A stretch of DNA of 63,906 bases, filler included, from Choristocarpus tenellus KU-1152 (taxonomy: Eukaryota > Protista > Phaeophyceae), in assembly GCA_964200185.2 (NCBI GenBank). It is 10 parts of 10 records of this genome, joined end to end, with 100 filler letters (N's around TTAATTAATTAA, not from the genome) between each part and the next. Parts side by side here need not be neighbours in the genome. Positions count along the whole stretch, not along the records: positions 21,875 to 25,760 come from CAXNAD020017364.1; positions 25,861 to 35,673 come from CAXNAD020003369.1; positions 35,774 to 51,164 come from CAXNAD020001008.1; 7 more parts are not named here. One strand, written 5' to 3'. Shown in pieces: positions 24,347 through 37,327 of the stretch. The stretch's first letter is position 1. The number at the start of each line of letters is the position of its first letter. The notes under the pieces are model-generated. The model was not told where the DNA came from and did not search any database. It was given only the letters and a program-made list of their open reading frames with translations. The translations under genes and the position numbers were made by a program.

Positions 24347-25214
24347 GATTCTTGACTACAACACCACAATGTTAAGGATTGGATTGTACATCAAAATTTA
24401 AGAAATGGTATAAAGAGGCGTTTGCTCACCTGGACTTCCACACTCTCTCACCCACAAACGAGAAAGGACAAGACCACAAGGAAGGCATCCTAGTAAGCTT
24501 CTGTGTGTGTGATTCGTGTGTAAACACTTACGGTGAGGATACTGTATCGGTTACTGCCAGAGTGTAGAGTCTTTTTTCTGTTTCGGTGTGGTTGGTCGTG
24601 TGTAGGGCATGTGGGGGATAGGGTATTCGCAAGGTGTTGCAACAAGGACCTTGTGAATGCCAATCGTTGCAGAGGCAGTTTTCTTGGAGAAAACTTATTT
24701 CAAGAATGTATTGTAGGTGAAATTGTAGCTTCCATACTTCACACCTGTGCGAGGGATCTCTTGCAGCTAAATAGGGTCCTTGACCTACATTGTCAACCCT
24801 TGTCCCCTCCAACATTAATTCACATACCCTTACGACCTAGCCATACACCGCATTTTCTTGCCACAGTAACTCTCGATCTTCATGCCCACTACAAGTATCT
24901 CCCTCTCCAAGCGGGATCCTTCCCCTACTTTGTACCTACCCCTTGACTAGATGCCATAGCTCTCTCCTGCACCAAATTGCTGAACTGTTTGAGACTCTCA
25001 ATAATTGCTCCCGCTTCTTTTGCAATGCCATCAGCTCGTACGATCGCCAGATACAGTGCGAGCGAAGAGATGCGGTGAATTTGATTTGACCTCGCAATCG
25101 AACTACTGTACACCTTGTACCCCCTGTTAACACCTACACGTCCCACTACCCTTTTACGCCTTGGCTTGACCCTGACCGTTCACCTTGCACCATGCTTGCC
25201 CTACAGTGGGAGTC

Positions 25215-25358
25215 ATGTCTACTGGGCAGAAGTGGGCAGAGCCTGCATGGGGTGATGATGATGATGACGACTACTTGCCCCCGCGCCAGGAGTCAGCCGT
25301 TGATTCCAAGGGAGTCAAACAGGTTGTCGAGTACAAGTTCAACGATGCCGGAGCCAAG
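25215..25358 (+). CDS. EIF3G: Eukaryotic translation initiation factor 3 subunit G, first exon
   Basis: WGDDDDDDYLPP...DSKGVKQVVEYKFNDAGAK matches the eIF3g N-terminus (W-x-D...LPP...G-x-K-x-V-x-EYK); followed by a GT donor. Confidence 0.85.
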
Positions 25359-26047
25359 GTACGTTGATTGGAAAAGATTTTCATAGTAGGAATATCCAAC
25401 CTTTTCCCTAGTTTGTTGCTTTTCTTGTAACTCTGCTCGTAGAGCTGGTCTTAATGTGTTAAGAGAAGGAGCGGTGGGGATTTGGAGGCGACAAAGTCAT
25501 TGCTTCATGTGCGTTGTTATTGCAGGAAATAATGAAGCGACTCTAACTGTTAGTTGAGGAAGATATAAAACAGATTAATTGCCTTGTGATAATCTTAACA
25601 AAATTAAGAGACCAAAGACTACGTTGAAGTTATCTTTATAATTTTCAGTACCTACGTCAAGTCTTTTGGTTGGGGCAGGGGGGGGAGATGAAATAGAGGT
25701 AAGGGTTAGGGTTATGTAAGGGTGGCACCATGGAAGAGGATGTCTCTGGAGAAACCTGTGNNNNNNNNNNNNNNNNNNNNNNNNNNNNNNNNNNNNNNNN
25801 NNNNTTAATTAATTAANNNNNNNNNNNNNNNNNNNNNNNNNNNNNNNNNNNNNNNNNNNNCGGCACCCCCCCCCCAGATACTTTGACCCTAGGTGCTCAC
25901 CAAGTGAAACGCAATGTGCTGTGATCCCTGTACCAGGTAGATTTTCAGTCAGTGGGCTACCACTGACAAATATGGAATCTCTTCTAGTCTAATGCAATTG
26001 ATAACCATTCCTTGTAAATGAAAATGATAAAAAAAAAATCATACCTT

Positions 26048-26340
26048 ACCGTCTTGGAACGTTTCTGTCCATATTGGCCTTGAAATTGTGTGCGCGGTCG
26101 TGAACAAGTCTGACATATTGGGATCATGCGTTGATTTCGTTTGAGGATGATGGAACAAACCGGATATTGCTCTGGACCACAAATGGGTTGAAACCTCTCA
26201 TATCTCTTATCTAGGATGGCGTAGAACCATGTCTTTCTTACATAGATGAACAATAATCGCTGTAACCTCTCACATCCACTGTTGGCACGCAGAAGGGACA
26301 TAAAAGTAAAAAGCTGTCTCAACCATTCTTCTATGACTGG
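26048..26340 (-). CDS. Putative exon of an unidentified gene
   Basis: Part of a 153-codon open frame ending at a GTAAGG donor; no family recognised. Confidence 0.25.
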
Positions 26341-28423
26341 TGACCACTGGACTGGTTCACTCCCCTGTTGACTTACGCACGTCCGAAACAAGGACGTATA
26401 ACGTTGAACAAAATACATCTCCCACCATCTCAAGGCCTTCTGCACTTGACGTCAAAAATTACAAACCAGGCGAGGGCAGCATAAAGAGAAATAAATGTAG
26501 TATAAACATACAGGCAGTCCATGTCCTTTCTACTGTTGTAGATCTGTCACAGGATACACCAAAAAAGGAACCACTACTGCATTTCACTCTTTGTACCTTT
26601 AGATCAAGTCTGGTACAACCTAATCATTTCAGCAAATCACCAAAGATACCTTGCTGTGAGGGGTAAATATTACTTCTACAAAGTTCAACACCCACAGTGC
26701 CTCCAGCTCTATCACATGGCCACTTCTATTGAAGAGATCAAGTGGTTATAGCCCTGGCATTTCACTGCATTGTATGTTAAGAGGTGGCAAGTAATGAAGG
26801 GAATTTGATCCTGAAGTCAGAGTGATTATGTGCATGTTCTTATTGGAAATTGCATTCAGGTCATCACACCAAAAGTGGTCGATTTGCTTACCTCTGCATT
26901 TGGAAAAGAATTTCTGGGCTTGAAAGAATTTTTTCAAGGGACATCATACAAATTGTAAGTAGTGGTGAGGACTCGCACTACTTGACACGACTTCCCCAAA
27001 CACCCATCCCTATAAACCCACTTAATTGCATACAATGCAGATACTACATAGAGGTATGTTCATTAGCTTGTCTAGACTCAGCATTTGTATCTGATTCAAA
27101 ATCACAGCACCTAATACTCAACTTTCCAGTTCCAACCCCTCCAAACCTACCTTATTGACTGATTCTGTCTTCATGTCTGATTTTGTGATCCCTTTACTAT
27201 AGAGATCATGTACGCATTTCCATGTTGGCCAATCATCTTTAGTATTGTTTTATTTCAAACTGGCGCCATATTAATCTTCTACACATCAAGTGCACGTGAA
27301 GAATCAAAGGTGTCAGGTGACAGGTCAGCAGGTAGGCAGGTATTTAGATAAACCTTGATTGCTTAGATCACCTTACGGGTAAGTGGAAACTCCTATATAT
27401 ATGCTGCATCCATATATGATGCTCCCACTCCACACATCCACATCAAAACCAGATAACAAGGTAACAAACCAATTGAAAAAATGCAACCTGCAAGTCTCCG
27501 CCAGGGTCACAAAGCAATAATGGCTCAGCAGTACTTTGCAATAATCTGATGTCATTGTTGATGCAAAATGGGGTGTATAAAAAAATTGGATACTTTATGT
27601 TCGGTTATTCCAATATAGCGGTCAAGGACGTTAGATAAGTTAAACGCTTGCTAACAGACTGTCAAGAGTTGAAGTAGCCGTCATCTGAAATCTTTGTGGA
27701 ACACAGTTCCAGGAGATCATCTTCCAACTTTAGAAGGTGGAAAACAGGACTAAATAGTATCCTTCCCACAAGAAGGATAGACAAATAGAGCCTATATGGC
27801 GTATGTTGTGGTCCAACTTCATCTACGTGGTATGCAAGTGCGAAAATAATAGTGTTTTGAATAGAAAGGTTATGTGACAATAATTTAAACCAGCCACAAA
27901 ACTCTCAAGTGCTACATTTACAACACTACAAAATTGGAAAATCCACAACTTCAACTTCCTAGTGCAGTGATCCCATCCTATTCCTAACCTATTGCTGTTT
28001 ACATTGAGAGTCACAATGAGGTTTGAGGTTGGGTTTGCCTGACACAAGACACAGTAGGGACACATCTACCCTCTCAAAAGAATAATAGCAGATGCAGTTA
28101 ACACAAGAAAACAATGTTTCCCATAGGGTTGATACACACTGATTACGGTACACTCTTAGAATGACCATGAATCGGATTTAAAAACATAGCATGCTTTCCT
28201 ATCAGCACAGCATGGGCAGTTACATTGATTTAACACAGGAAATGTGTATTTAAAATCCCAAAGAATACCTCTTGGACAGCAAGAGTATTAAGAGTCAATG
28301 GTGATAAGAACCCCTCAAAACAATGTGTGGTGACCATCCTCTATGGGATAGGGTGGGTTACACGGGTTGCCTGAGCAGGTGAGATCCATTCACTTCAACC
28401 AACAATTAGTAGATATAACTAGC

Positions 28424-29584
28424 TCATTCTCGCTCGCGCGCCTGATGTGGCAATGCCCTAGCTTTTTGTCTCTCCTCTGCAATTTGGTTCATATACCTCC
28501 TGACAGCCTGTGAAGCATAAAAACCCCCAAAACCAACTCCTGCCATGATAAGTCCTGCCACTGCGCTTTTGGCACGGCCACCTGTTCCACGAAATGTTTT
28601 TTTTAATGTGTGAGTGCAGCAAGGATGCAGAATGTTGAGCTCAATAAAAAGATAATAGATGATTCACGCTTCTTTTCTGCTCTGTCTACGCCCCATGTTT
28701 CTATCAGGTCGGTAAAAAACGCTGAGTCGAATTCTCGTCCTCCATCCAGTCAATATCCCAAAGAGATACATACACCCCAGCGTCACTCACCGACCGGGAG
28801 TGTTATACCAACGCCCGTGACGAGACCTGCAGTTGCATAGCCTGATGCATCTTGTTTCCCTCCTCGTACTCGGCATACCATAGCCTCCGTGCCTGGGAGG
28901 AAAAGGGAAGATGCTAAAGTAATAGAGGGAGGTATTTCAGTCTGGGCTTAGAAGAGTTTCTCTTCTTCTCCTCTCTTGAACATTTCAGAGCATCGTGTTT
29001 CAAGGAAGAGAAAGTATGCGCCAAGGAAGTAATGTCCAGCAATGCAGGAGGGTATTGAATATTTCAAGCACTAGATGGTCATGGACGACTCGCTTGCACA
29101 TACCAAAAAAAATCCCAAAAGCCAACCCGTAGTTTAGTGCCATGCTAGTGGAATATAGAGACACCGAATGTCCGCGGTATGTCGCGAGCAGTGATCCCCA
29201 TACTCCTCCCACTCCACCTGCAATAATGAAGGAGCACGGATTGCTAAGTCTTTGGGGCGAAGGAAATGTGCTACACCAACCAAAACTGGGACCAGGTCTG
29301 CGGAAGCATCGCAATTAAAGCAATTCGGCAACCTATATTTGCTTGGTCACAACCAAAGACAGAACAGGAGTTGATGCTCACTCTATAATATCATTTCTCG
29401 AGCACCGCACCCCTGCATGCCGTCCTCTATAGCAATCCTTCGGCATGAGAATCTTGACGGGACTACGAGTTCCATTTACGGTTTGATGTCCAACTGCACC
29501 TCCAATCAAGACGTTTCTGCCTATCCTTCTCAGAGTGTCGGATGCGGTGCGCTTGGGATCCCTGTCATTTACTTGGCTTTCCAT
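28424..29584 (-). CDS. Tim17/Tim22/Tim23 (PRAT) family membrane protein, apparently complete (about 152 aa); exons 29584-29500, 29217-29104, 28892-28791, 28581-28424
   Basis: Gly-rich TM segments and the PRAT-like motif GLAFGIFFG|TEAMVCRVRGGKQDASGYATAGLVTG. Three phase-1 GT-AG introns join in frame to a stop. Confidence 0.8.
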
Positions 29585-32500
29585 ACTTGGGTTGATACCT
29601 TCTAGGGTCATCGAGCAGAGAGTAAGATTGAAAATGAAAAATCTCATGAGGATAACATCATACTTACTAGGAGTTCGTAAAGAGAGAGAACAAGGACATA
29701 ACAAGAACACGTGAAACAAAAACAAAAAACGAAGTCTGTGAGGGAAGGGGTTTTTTTATGTTGTACGTCCTCCGTTTCACTACTAACACTGCTGTGGCGG
29801 TAGAAGTTTGCCAATCTCAGAACACGTTCGGCCCTAAAATAAATGTAATCTCTCCACCCTCTACTCCCTTGTGGTTTGAACCTTGTTGCGGCTGTGAGTC
29901 TCCTGGTCTTGTCTCATAATGCGAGCGACTTTCAGGGTCGGAATGATCAACAACCACGCTCACAGTTGGGATCGTTTTAGAGGTGGTCATTGGAAGAGGA
30001 GCAAAGGGACACGACATGGTGAAAGGCACCATATCGGGTCTTGTAACTTTCCTCCTCCTATTCGGATGAGGAAATATAACTATATTTCCCTTGGAATTTG
30101 AACTTAGGTACGGGTGCGACTCACTGAGCGTTGCCTTGTGATGCTTAGCGGTCGTTGGGGGTCAGAATGATGACAACCCGCCCTAGCCGTTGCGTTTGAA
30201 TAGGAGGAGAGGGATACGACACGGTGATAAATATCATTTTGGTGACAAGATATTTTTCACCGCATTGTGAGACCTTCCTCCTCGTTGAACGAGAAAAGGT
30301 GACCATCACGTCAACCCTCTAACTTTATCCATTTGAATTTTGCTACAGTTAGGGGTATCACCTGAAAGTCACGCAGCGTTCAAAGCTTCACTTTGATTTG
30401 ATATTCACGAAGCTGTGGCGTGGTTTGTTGTCTTTCTTCTGGTCCTCTGACCAAACTTTCTCAGGAAGACGTGAAATTGGCAAGTGTATATAAGATGCCA
30501 TTTGAGTATCTTGTACTGCGAGATAAGTGGATTATTGATTCCAGTTCAACAGAAGCACAAGGCGGATGGAAATGCCGCGTTACTTGCTATCTCGAAAGAG
30601 ATCACCTGGTGGAGGGTTTCAAGAATATAGATAGAGATACTGAAAGATGACTCTCAAGAGGTACTGAAGCTTCATTGAACCCAGGGTTTTTTTTTGTGTC
30701 TAGAGCTTATGAAACATCAACTTCTGTCCTTGACCTCAGGCCTACATATTTTATTCTGTCACCATCTACGCACATGAGGGGAGAATAAATATTCCAGTCC
30801 TCACTCTGCTGGGATCAATTTGAGTGTCCATTTTTCCCCATTTTTCGTGGAAGGGGATGGGAACTGTTTTTTTGTTCTCTTCCACATGCAATATGGGTTT
30901 ATGGCAAATACCACGCCCTCCTCTAATTCTTCATCCTTGCGGGAGGTATGACCAACAGGGCAGAGCGTCTGGGTGAGGGTCACCATATCTGTGACTTCAT
31001 CCAGTTTACCATAATCTTGTCTCAAAACACATCATATTAAAGACTGAGGGTACATGCAATTATGATCTTTTCCTTGAGAAAATGGGGCATATATATATTT
31101 GAGGTGTGCACGGTGGAAAGGTTATGCGACTTGTCTGGCAAGCGAGGCCTTGGGTTATGCGTGACATTCCTAGATCCACTTGACAAACTGTTGAAGAGAC
31201 GTGGGGGTTCCGGGGACCATAGTCAAGTGTTCATTCCACACACCAAGCAATTGTGGACATGTGGCACCGAGGTACATCCCTTTGAATATGAGAGAATTAT
31301 CATACTGAACCCCACCAGTCAGTGGTGCAGTCCTCTAACGCCCCCCACAAATTTTAGAGAACGTACATAGAGTGTAACTCTATGATAGATCTCATCACTG
31401 TAACTAGTTTGGGTGAACAAAGCGCACTGATGGTCAGAAGGTATTGCTTCCATGTGATGCCTTGAGAGGGAATGACCATCATGATCACAATATTCTTTGC
31501 CCCGAAGTTGGTGTGTGTGGTGAAATAAGGAGACCTACCCTGGGTGAAGGAGTGCGAATAAATGGGAATCGTGTGATAAACAATTCTAGTAGCCTGTCTC
31601 ACAGGAGCTAAACCACGTTTACATGGAAATAGGTGGTGTTTGAGAGGTATCCACGCAGTATGAAAGTAGATAGTGGGACTACGTTAAGAAAGCAAGGAAT
31701 ATTCTACCTCAATTGAGCGGATACTGTACTACTGTGTGTTTTTGTGAGACTCTGCACGAAGATGCTGTGGCCACTTATTAACATTGTTGTTCTGACAGCA
31801 CAGTCAATAAACACTGGAAAAAACAAAATTCGAAAAAGAACTTGCTGAACACGTTTGATCAGAATAAAATCATCCAGCAAACACAAAGAGGATCAAGAGT
31901 CCCGCATATGCTTCTAACTGTGTCCACATGGACTCGCATCTTCATTGTCTACTAGCAATTACTGAGTCTGCACTTTCATGGATCCATTTGCGACAGTCTC
32001 CAGACTGTCAAACAATGAAGGCACTGTTTCATAGATATCAGCGGATTCAACCAGCCTGCTAGCCAATCTATTCACTCTCTCGACGAATTTTACAGAGTAT
32101 CTATGCCGGGCTGCCGATACCTGTTATCCTTTCGTTCTATCGCTGTACTCCTCGCCACACACCCCTGCCATATCAATAGTTGGTCCATCAACAGACCACA
32201 CCCATGCCCATCGTAATCCTGCAGCTCAACATTAAATTTCTACTTTCCCAGTGAGTATCACCACCAAGGATGGATTATGTCACCATGGTATGCATTGGTT
32301 TTGTCAAGCACAACCAAGGCTGCAGCAAAGAAGTGTCATCAAGGCAGCCCACAATGGAGAAGCTGCAAGTAGGGGCAGAGGTGAAAGCAATTCCTCACAA
32401 AAACAACAATGTGCCCAGAATTGGAGAGCTTGGAGATTACTTTCACAACGGCAGTGAGAGGTTCATCCTTGACAAGATAGGGCAAAGGCCATGAAAAATA

Positions 32501-32652
32501 CCATAAGAGGTTTTATGGCATAAATGGAAGTATTGGTATTGGGGGAGACGTGGTTTATGTCTCCTGGAGCTTCACAGTACACATTCACAAACTTGTCTTG
32601 GTCTAGTGAGGTCAAACACACAAGGAAGAAATATCACCCTGAGCCAGTACTT

Positions 32653-32916
32653 GAGCCAAAGCATCTTAAAGGGTAGAGCCGCGTCCATTTGGGGGTCAAA
32701 ATACAATGTTACGATTTTGATGTAATTTTGGCTATCGTATTTGTTAGGAAGTGTCAATGTCTATGGTTCGGACACACCTTTCATAACGTATACATTTTAC
32801 CTACTCCGAAACATTTTGGAGTCGGAAAATGTCATAAAAAAACCCATAGGAAGCCAAGCCCCACAAATAAATGGACGAACAGGAAAAAATTCGTACCCTC
32901 TAAGATAGTTTCACTC
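32653..32916. mobile_element. MITE family B, full copy with TSD ACTT
   Basis: ACTT|GAGCCAAAGCATCTTAAAGGGTA...TACCCTCTAAGATAGTTTCACTC|ACTT. Confidence 0.92.
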
Positions 32917-33583
32917 ACTTTTGACTGTTATGGCAGATTTACACCCATGGATAATCCTCTATAATTGTCTAATGAGACATCATAGGGTACTACTCCCTTT
33001 TTCTTCGCCCCATCCATTTTTGTGATACAGTATTGGATTTTTTCGTAGTTTTCATTTATAGATATACTGCTTTCATTGGAGGGACAGAATGCTCCCCCCT
33101 GCACCACACACTATACAAATGCCAAAATGAGGCCAAGTGTATGATGTCATACACCTGTTCTAACCCTGAGGTGGTACACTTATATATACTATTTGTGACA
33201 GCTGCATGAGAGGGAGACAAAACGCTAGTACAACAATATGATAGTTTGGCAGTATGTGTGTTCTCTCCTGTCTATGTTCCATTATCACATTGACTACTCG
33301 TTCAAGGTCTGCGTCACATGGGGTGAATTTTTTGTGCCAGAGATATCCCATCTGAGAATATTCTCCAATGTATGAAGCTAATGATTACCTTTTTGTGCTG
33401 TGATTTCAGTGGTAGTGTGCCATTAGGCAATGTAAACGCATTGTGGGTGTGGTTTAATTTTTTTGTGCCTAATGCTCATGCAGGTATGCTTAGTTCGTCG
33501 CGATGACAGAAGTACAGCCGAGAATGACATAATGCAGGCAGGCACCTTGGGTGGATATGTGCCTGCAGAGTCACTGAAGTAGT

Positions 33584-33838
33584 GAGTCAAAGTAAACGAG
33601 AGGTACCCAGTGTTGCATTTTAACGATGGTGACAATGTGCAGTATTTGTCTATTTTTACAAATGCGTATAGGAAAATTTCTAAAATTGTGTCGATAATTT
33701 CAAACAATAGAGAAATCAACCTTCTCAAGTCAAACTTAGCACTTCATTCGTAGAAATATGTATGAATTACGAAGATTAACAAACTGGCTTAAAATACAAA
33801 ACGACCAAAACCTGGGCACCCTTCGTTTACTTTGGCTC
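33584..33838. mobile_element. MITE family C copy
   Basis: TIR GAGTCAAAGTAAACGAGAGGTACCCAG ... CTGGGCACCCTTCGTTTACTTTGGCTC. Confidence 0.85.
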
Positions 33839-34559
33839 AGCATGCAGAAAAATACTGGAAGTACGTTGCTACAGAGGTGAAAATAAGCGATATATGCCTG
33901 CCATTTCAACAAGAACTAAAGCCTTTGGCCCTTGGGAAGCGAAGGAGGGAAAATGTATGTTTTCTGAAGCATTATCAGGTCAACATTACTTCCTTCGTGG
34001 TGTAAAGGGTGGCAAGCTACGATAGTCCATTCTTGTTGGGATTTCATTATAGGCTTTGATGTGTCCCGTGGAGGTCAAAACTATTAGCATTATCTCCGCA
34101 TATGATTATGAGGGCAATCTTCCATACTCTGTGCTCTAAATGGTCCATCTTGTGTGCAAATCCCCAACATGATCATTTCCTTGCAGATTAATGTGGGCAT
34201 CTCCATGAGATGAAAGATGGATTGTTGGAGATCTCAAAGCTGAGGCTCTATACATTAAGGGGGCAAAGTCTTCTGAGATCGGCAACTCAGCAGCAGGTTC
34301 GAGAATACCCTACATTAAAATATCAACTTGCTTGGTTTGAGGGGAAGGAAGGCGACTATGGCAACTATTATTGAGCCCACCAAGACGGGAAAGTCTTCCC
34401 CGAAAGCGGTGGTGTAATAATTCTTCCAAAATTTCAACCCCTCCAAGGAAACCACAAAAAACACGAGGTGTGCCGTGTTGATCGTCAATAGTGGTAAATG
34501 AACGGCAGAGTGTGAGCAAGCTTTCGCGGATTCTAAAAAGGGAGGGAGGAGAAGCAACT

Positions 34560-34900
34560 CATAGTACATCTGTGGGGAGATGTGCTCCACCATCCTACCT
34601 TGTGAAAAAGGACCTGGAGAAGTCCCTTGGAGTATGGGAGGATCTGAACCTTGATAGCTTCGACCTCCTCCAATACTGGAAAATTTGGCACTCCCAATGT
34701 TTGACCTCAAGTCAGGACAGGTGTCCATACCCCCCAAGATGCCGTATGTTCCACTGCTTGGCCATCTCTCCCACGGGATAGATACTACAAGCTGCCAGTC
34801 AGAATGAAATTTGGCACGCTGGGGAGTCTACTTTGCCAACACATGCGTTCCATGAGGGACGCCAAGGTTGAGGAAATGATGATGCTCAGGCCTCACTAAA
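34560..34900 (+). pseudogene. Degenerate hAT transposase, C-terminal dimerisation region (remnant may extend to about 33850-35010)
   Basis: Across frameshifts: FDLLQYWK...PPKMPYVPLLGHLSHGIDTTSCQSE*N...GSLL...MRSMRDAKVEEMMMLR, matching the hATC pattern W...P-x-L...ATS-x-x-SER-x-FS...R-x-x-M. Confidence 0.7.
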
Positions 34901-35366
34901 AAATATTTTAGAAGTAGCAAAGTTGCAGCATGGTCTCGACCACCAGGTACAGGGAGTCAAAGCCGGAAGTGAGCCTGCTGGTCGAGACTATGCTGCAACA
35001 ACTGGCACGCAGGAGGAGACAAATCTGAAGGATTTATGTCCTGATACAATTATGCACAAGACAAAAAAGTATAATAGTACACACACTCGTGCACCAGCAC
35101 TCTCACCTTTCTTATCCTCCTATCCGTGTAGGTTCAACAATAGACCATGCTTCTCTCTTCCCATTGCGCCACGCACACATGCACACTCCCACCTTAGTAG
35201 CTAGTTTATTATTCCATACTTGGGAGAACTTCAACATTTGTAATCTGGTGGTGTGTTAAAAATCAATTGAGGGACAGTCCACCAGCATGTCTTGAGAAGT
35301 GCGAGAGGGGGCTCTCAGGGTGAGTAGGAGGGTCGTTCGTGGTAGAAACCAGAAGCATGTTGGAAC

Positions 35367-35530
35367 CACTGTACCATCCGTACCACCGTACCGTCCAAAC
35401 ATTAAAATGCTATGGGAAACCTTGGAATTACCTACCACACCGTGATTTTACGGAAATTACCGTTATTACACCAGGCAACATATTTCACCAAAGACGTAAC
35501 ATACGGTACAGTGGTGCGGATGGTACAGTG
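35367..35530. mobile_element. 164-bp fold-back element or MITE with 20-bp terminal inverted repeats
   Basis: CACTGTACCATCCGTACCAC vs GTGGTGCGGATGGTACAGTG (19/20 complementary). Confidence 0.6.
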
Positions 35531-36639
35531 TAATCCCAATCAACTCTGTCCTCTTGTATACTGGTGTCATTGAGCAAAGACCCAAAGTATCTGGGGGGGG
35601 GGGGTCTACACCAGAGTGTCCATTGGGTTCAAAATCAGGAAAAGTACACTTTCATTATCCATCCGACGCATGGNNNNNNNNNNNNNNNNNNNNNNNNNNN
35701 NNNNNNNNNNNNNNNNNTTAATTAATTAANNNNNNNNNNNNNNNNNNNNNNNNNNNNNNNNNNNNNNNNNNNNCATTACTCCATACATATTTTACCGTAA
35801 CTGTCCGATAGAGTTGGAAGAGTCTAATCGAACAGGTGACTGAGATGATCTTCTCACACACTACAAACTGTAGAATTAATATATATACTGACCCAAACCA
35901 ATTGAGAGGGTAGGCATTTTTTACTTTATTTTTTACCATTTTGCGTTCTCTGTGATCTTTCTTACCATGTTTTCCCTTTCCACACACGAAGTGACACCGC
36001 AACTCACGAAATGTTCTTTCTCCAATGGTACAAAATGGTATGTATTTGCACTTTCTTGGGATCCTTAAAATACAATCCTGCCTACCTCTTAGTTGGTTTG
36101 ACTCATTATTACCTCTGGGCAGATATGTAGCATTGATTCGGATATTGCAACGACAATGAGTAACCTACTACTGTCATGAACGAAATTTTTCGAACCGCTT
36201 TCCATTGTAGAGACCGCACTCGAATTGGTCGGTTCAAATATCACATCTGAGTAACACTATTTTGATGTTTGAGGAGGAAGGCAGACGACCTCGCGAAGGG
36301 CGAAACCAAGACCTCGATTTGAAATCCCTGGTGATAGCCCTTTCAGTCACACACTAAGTACACGCATCGGTCAGAATATGTCCGAGATTATAAAAGAAAG
36401 ATCATAGCGCTGGTTGAAAAAAGGGGAACAATTGCAGAGATGGTTCAAGATAGCAAGAAGGGCTCCTATTATGACCCCATCTAGCAAGTTGCTGATATGT
36501 TTGAGAGCAATTCTCAGACCATCCCAAGGCTTCGGAAGGTCTACAAGACTCAGTCAGAAGGATACTGGTGTTACTGATCCCGATATTTGTCGGAGACGGT
36601 GATAACTGGTGTAATGTTCACACTTTTTATACGCGAAGC

Positions 36640-37034
36640 TTTTCAACACACGAAAAGGGGAACCTGACCGCAAAAGAGCCAACAACCTCGATGACCCTCG
36701 AGATGATGGTCTCGAAATCATTTCTATTAAAGACCTCACGATACAGCCCACCTGGGCGACTCACCTGGGTATCCTGCCTTCTACTCTGCATGATAACATG
36801 AAGAACCTTGATTTAAGAGTATGTCCAACCTATCTAAAGCCGTTCCTTACTGAGGAGTGCAAGTTACAAAAACTGATATGGGCAACACACTGGGTCAATG
36901 ACAGACAAAGGTTCAAAGACTTCCACCAAATCGAAGACTTCGTCCATGTAAATAAGTTTTCATGTGCATGGATGGTCAGAACCAGTATGTATTTCTACGA
37001 TTTCGACGACTCTTGTGCTGGCAAGGTGCAATAG
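36640..37034 (+). pseudogene. Degenerate mariner-like transposase (DD39D/PlantMar type)
   Basis: LGILPSTLHDNMK...LKPFLTEECKLQKLIWA...FHQIEDFVHVN...YFYD...KVQ parallels the HTH, IKPxLT and VHVDEKWF blocks of DD39D transposases; the first catalytic Asp region is decayed. Confidence 0.7.
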
Positions 37035-37327
37035 AACGACCACAATACCTATCTACCTAAAACTTGTTAATACATTTCTGTCAATCCAAATCAATCCTAC
37101 CTTCAGTGTAGAGGTTCAATAGTATTGATAGGTGATCGAAGTAATGATGTTCGTGTGTTGTGGAGGAATTACAAGTAGATTGTATCATATTTATGTCGTA
37201 TGATGTGTAAAAAGCACAGAACTGATATGGTTGATATGTGAACATTTGGAAGGTTGTAAGATTGTATCTATATGCCTCCCTTCGATTTGTGAACGCCCTT
37301 CGTCTTCAATACCGTTCAGTACACAGA

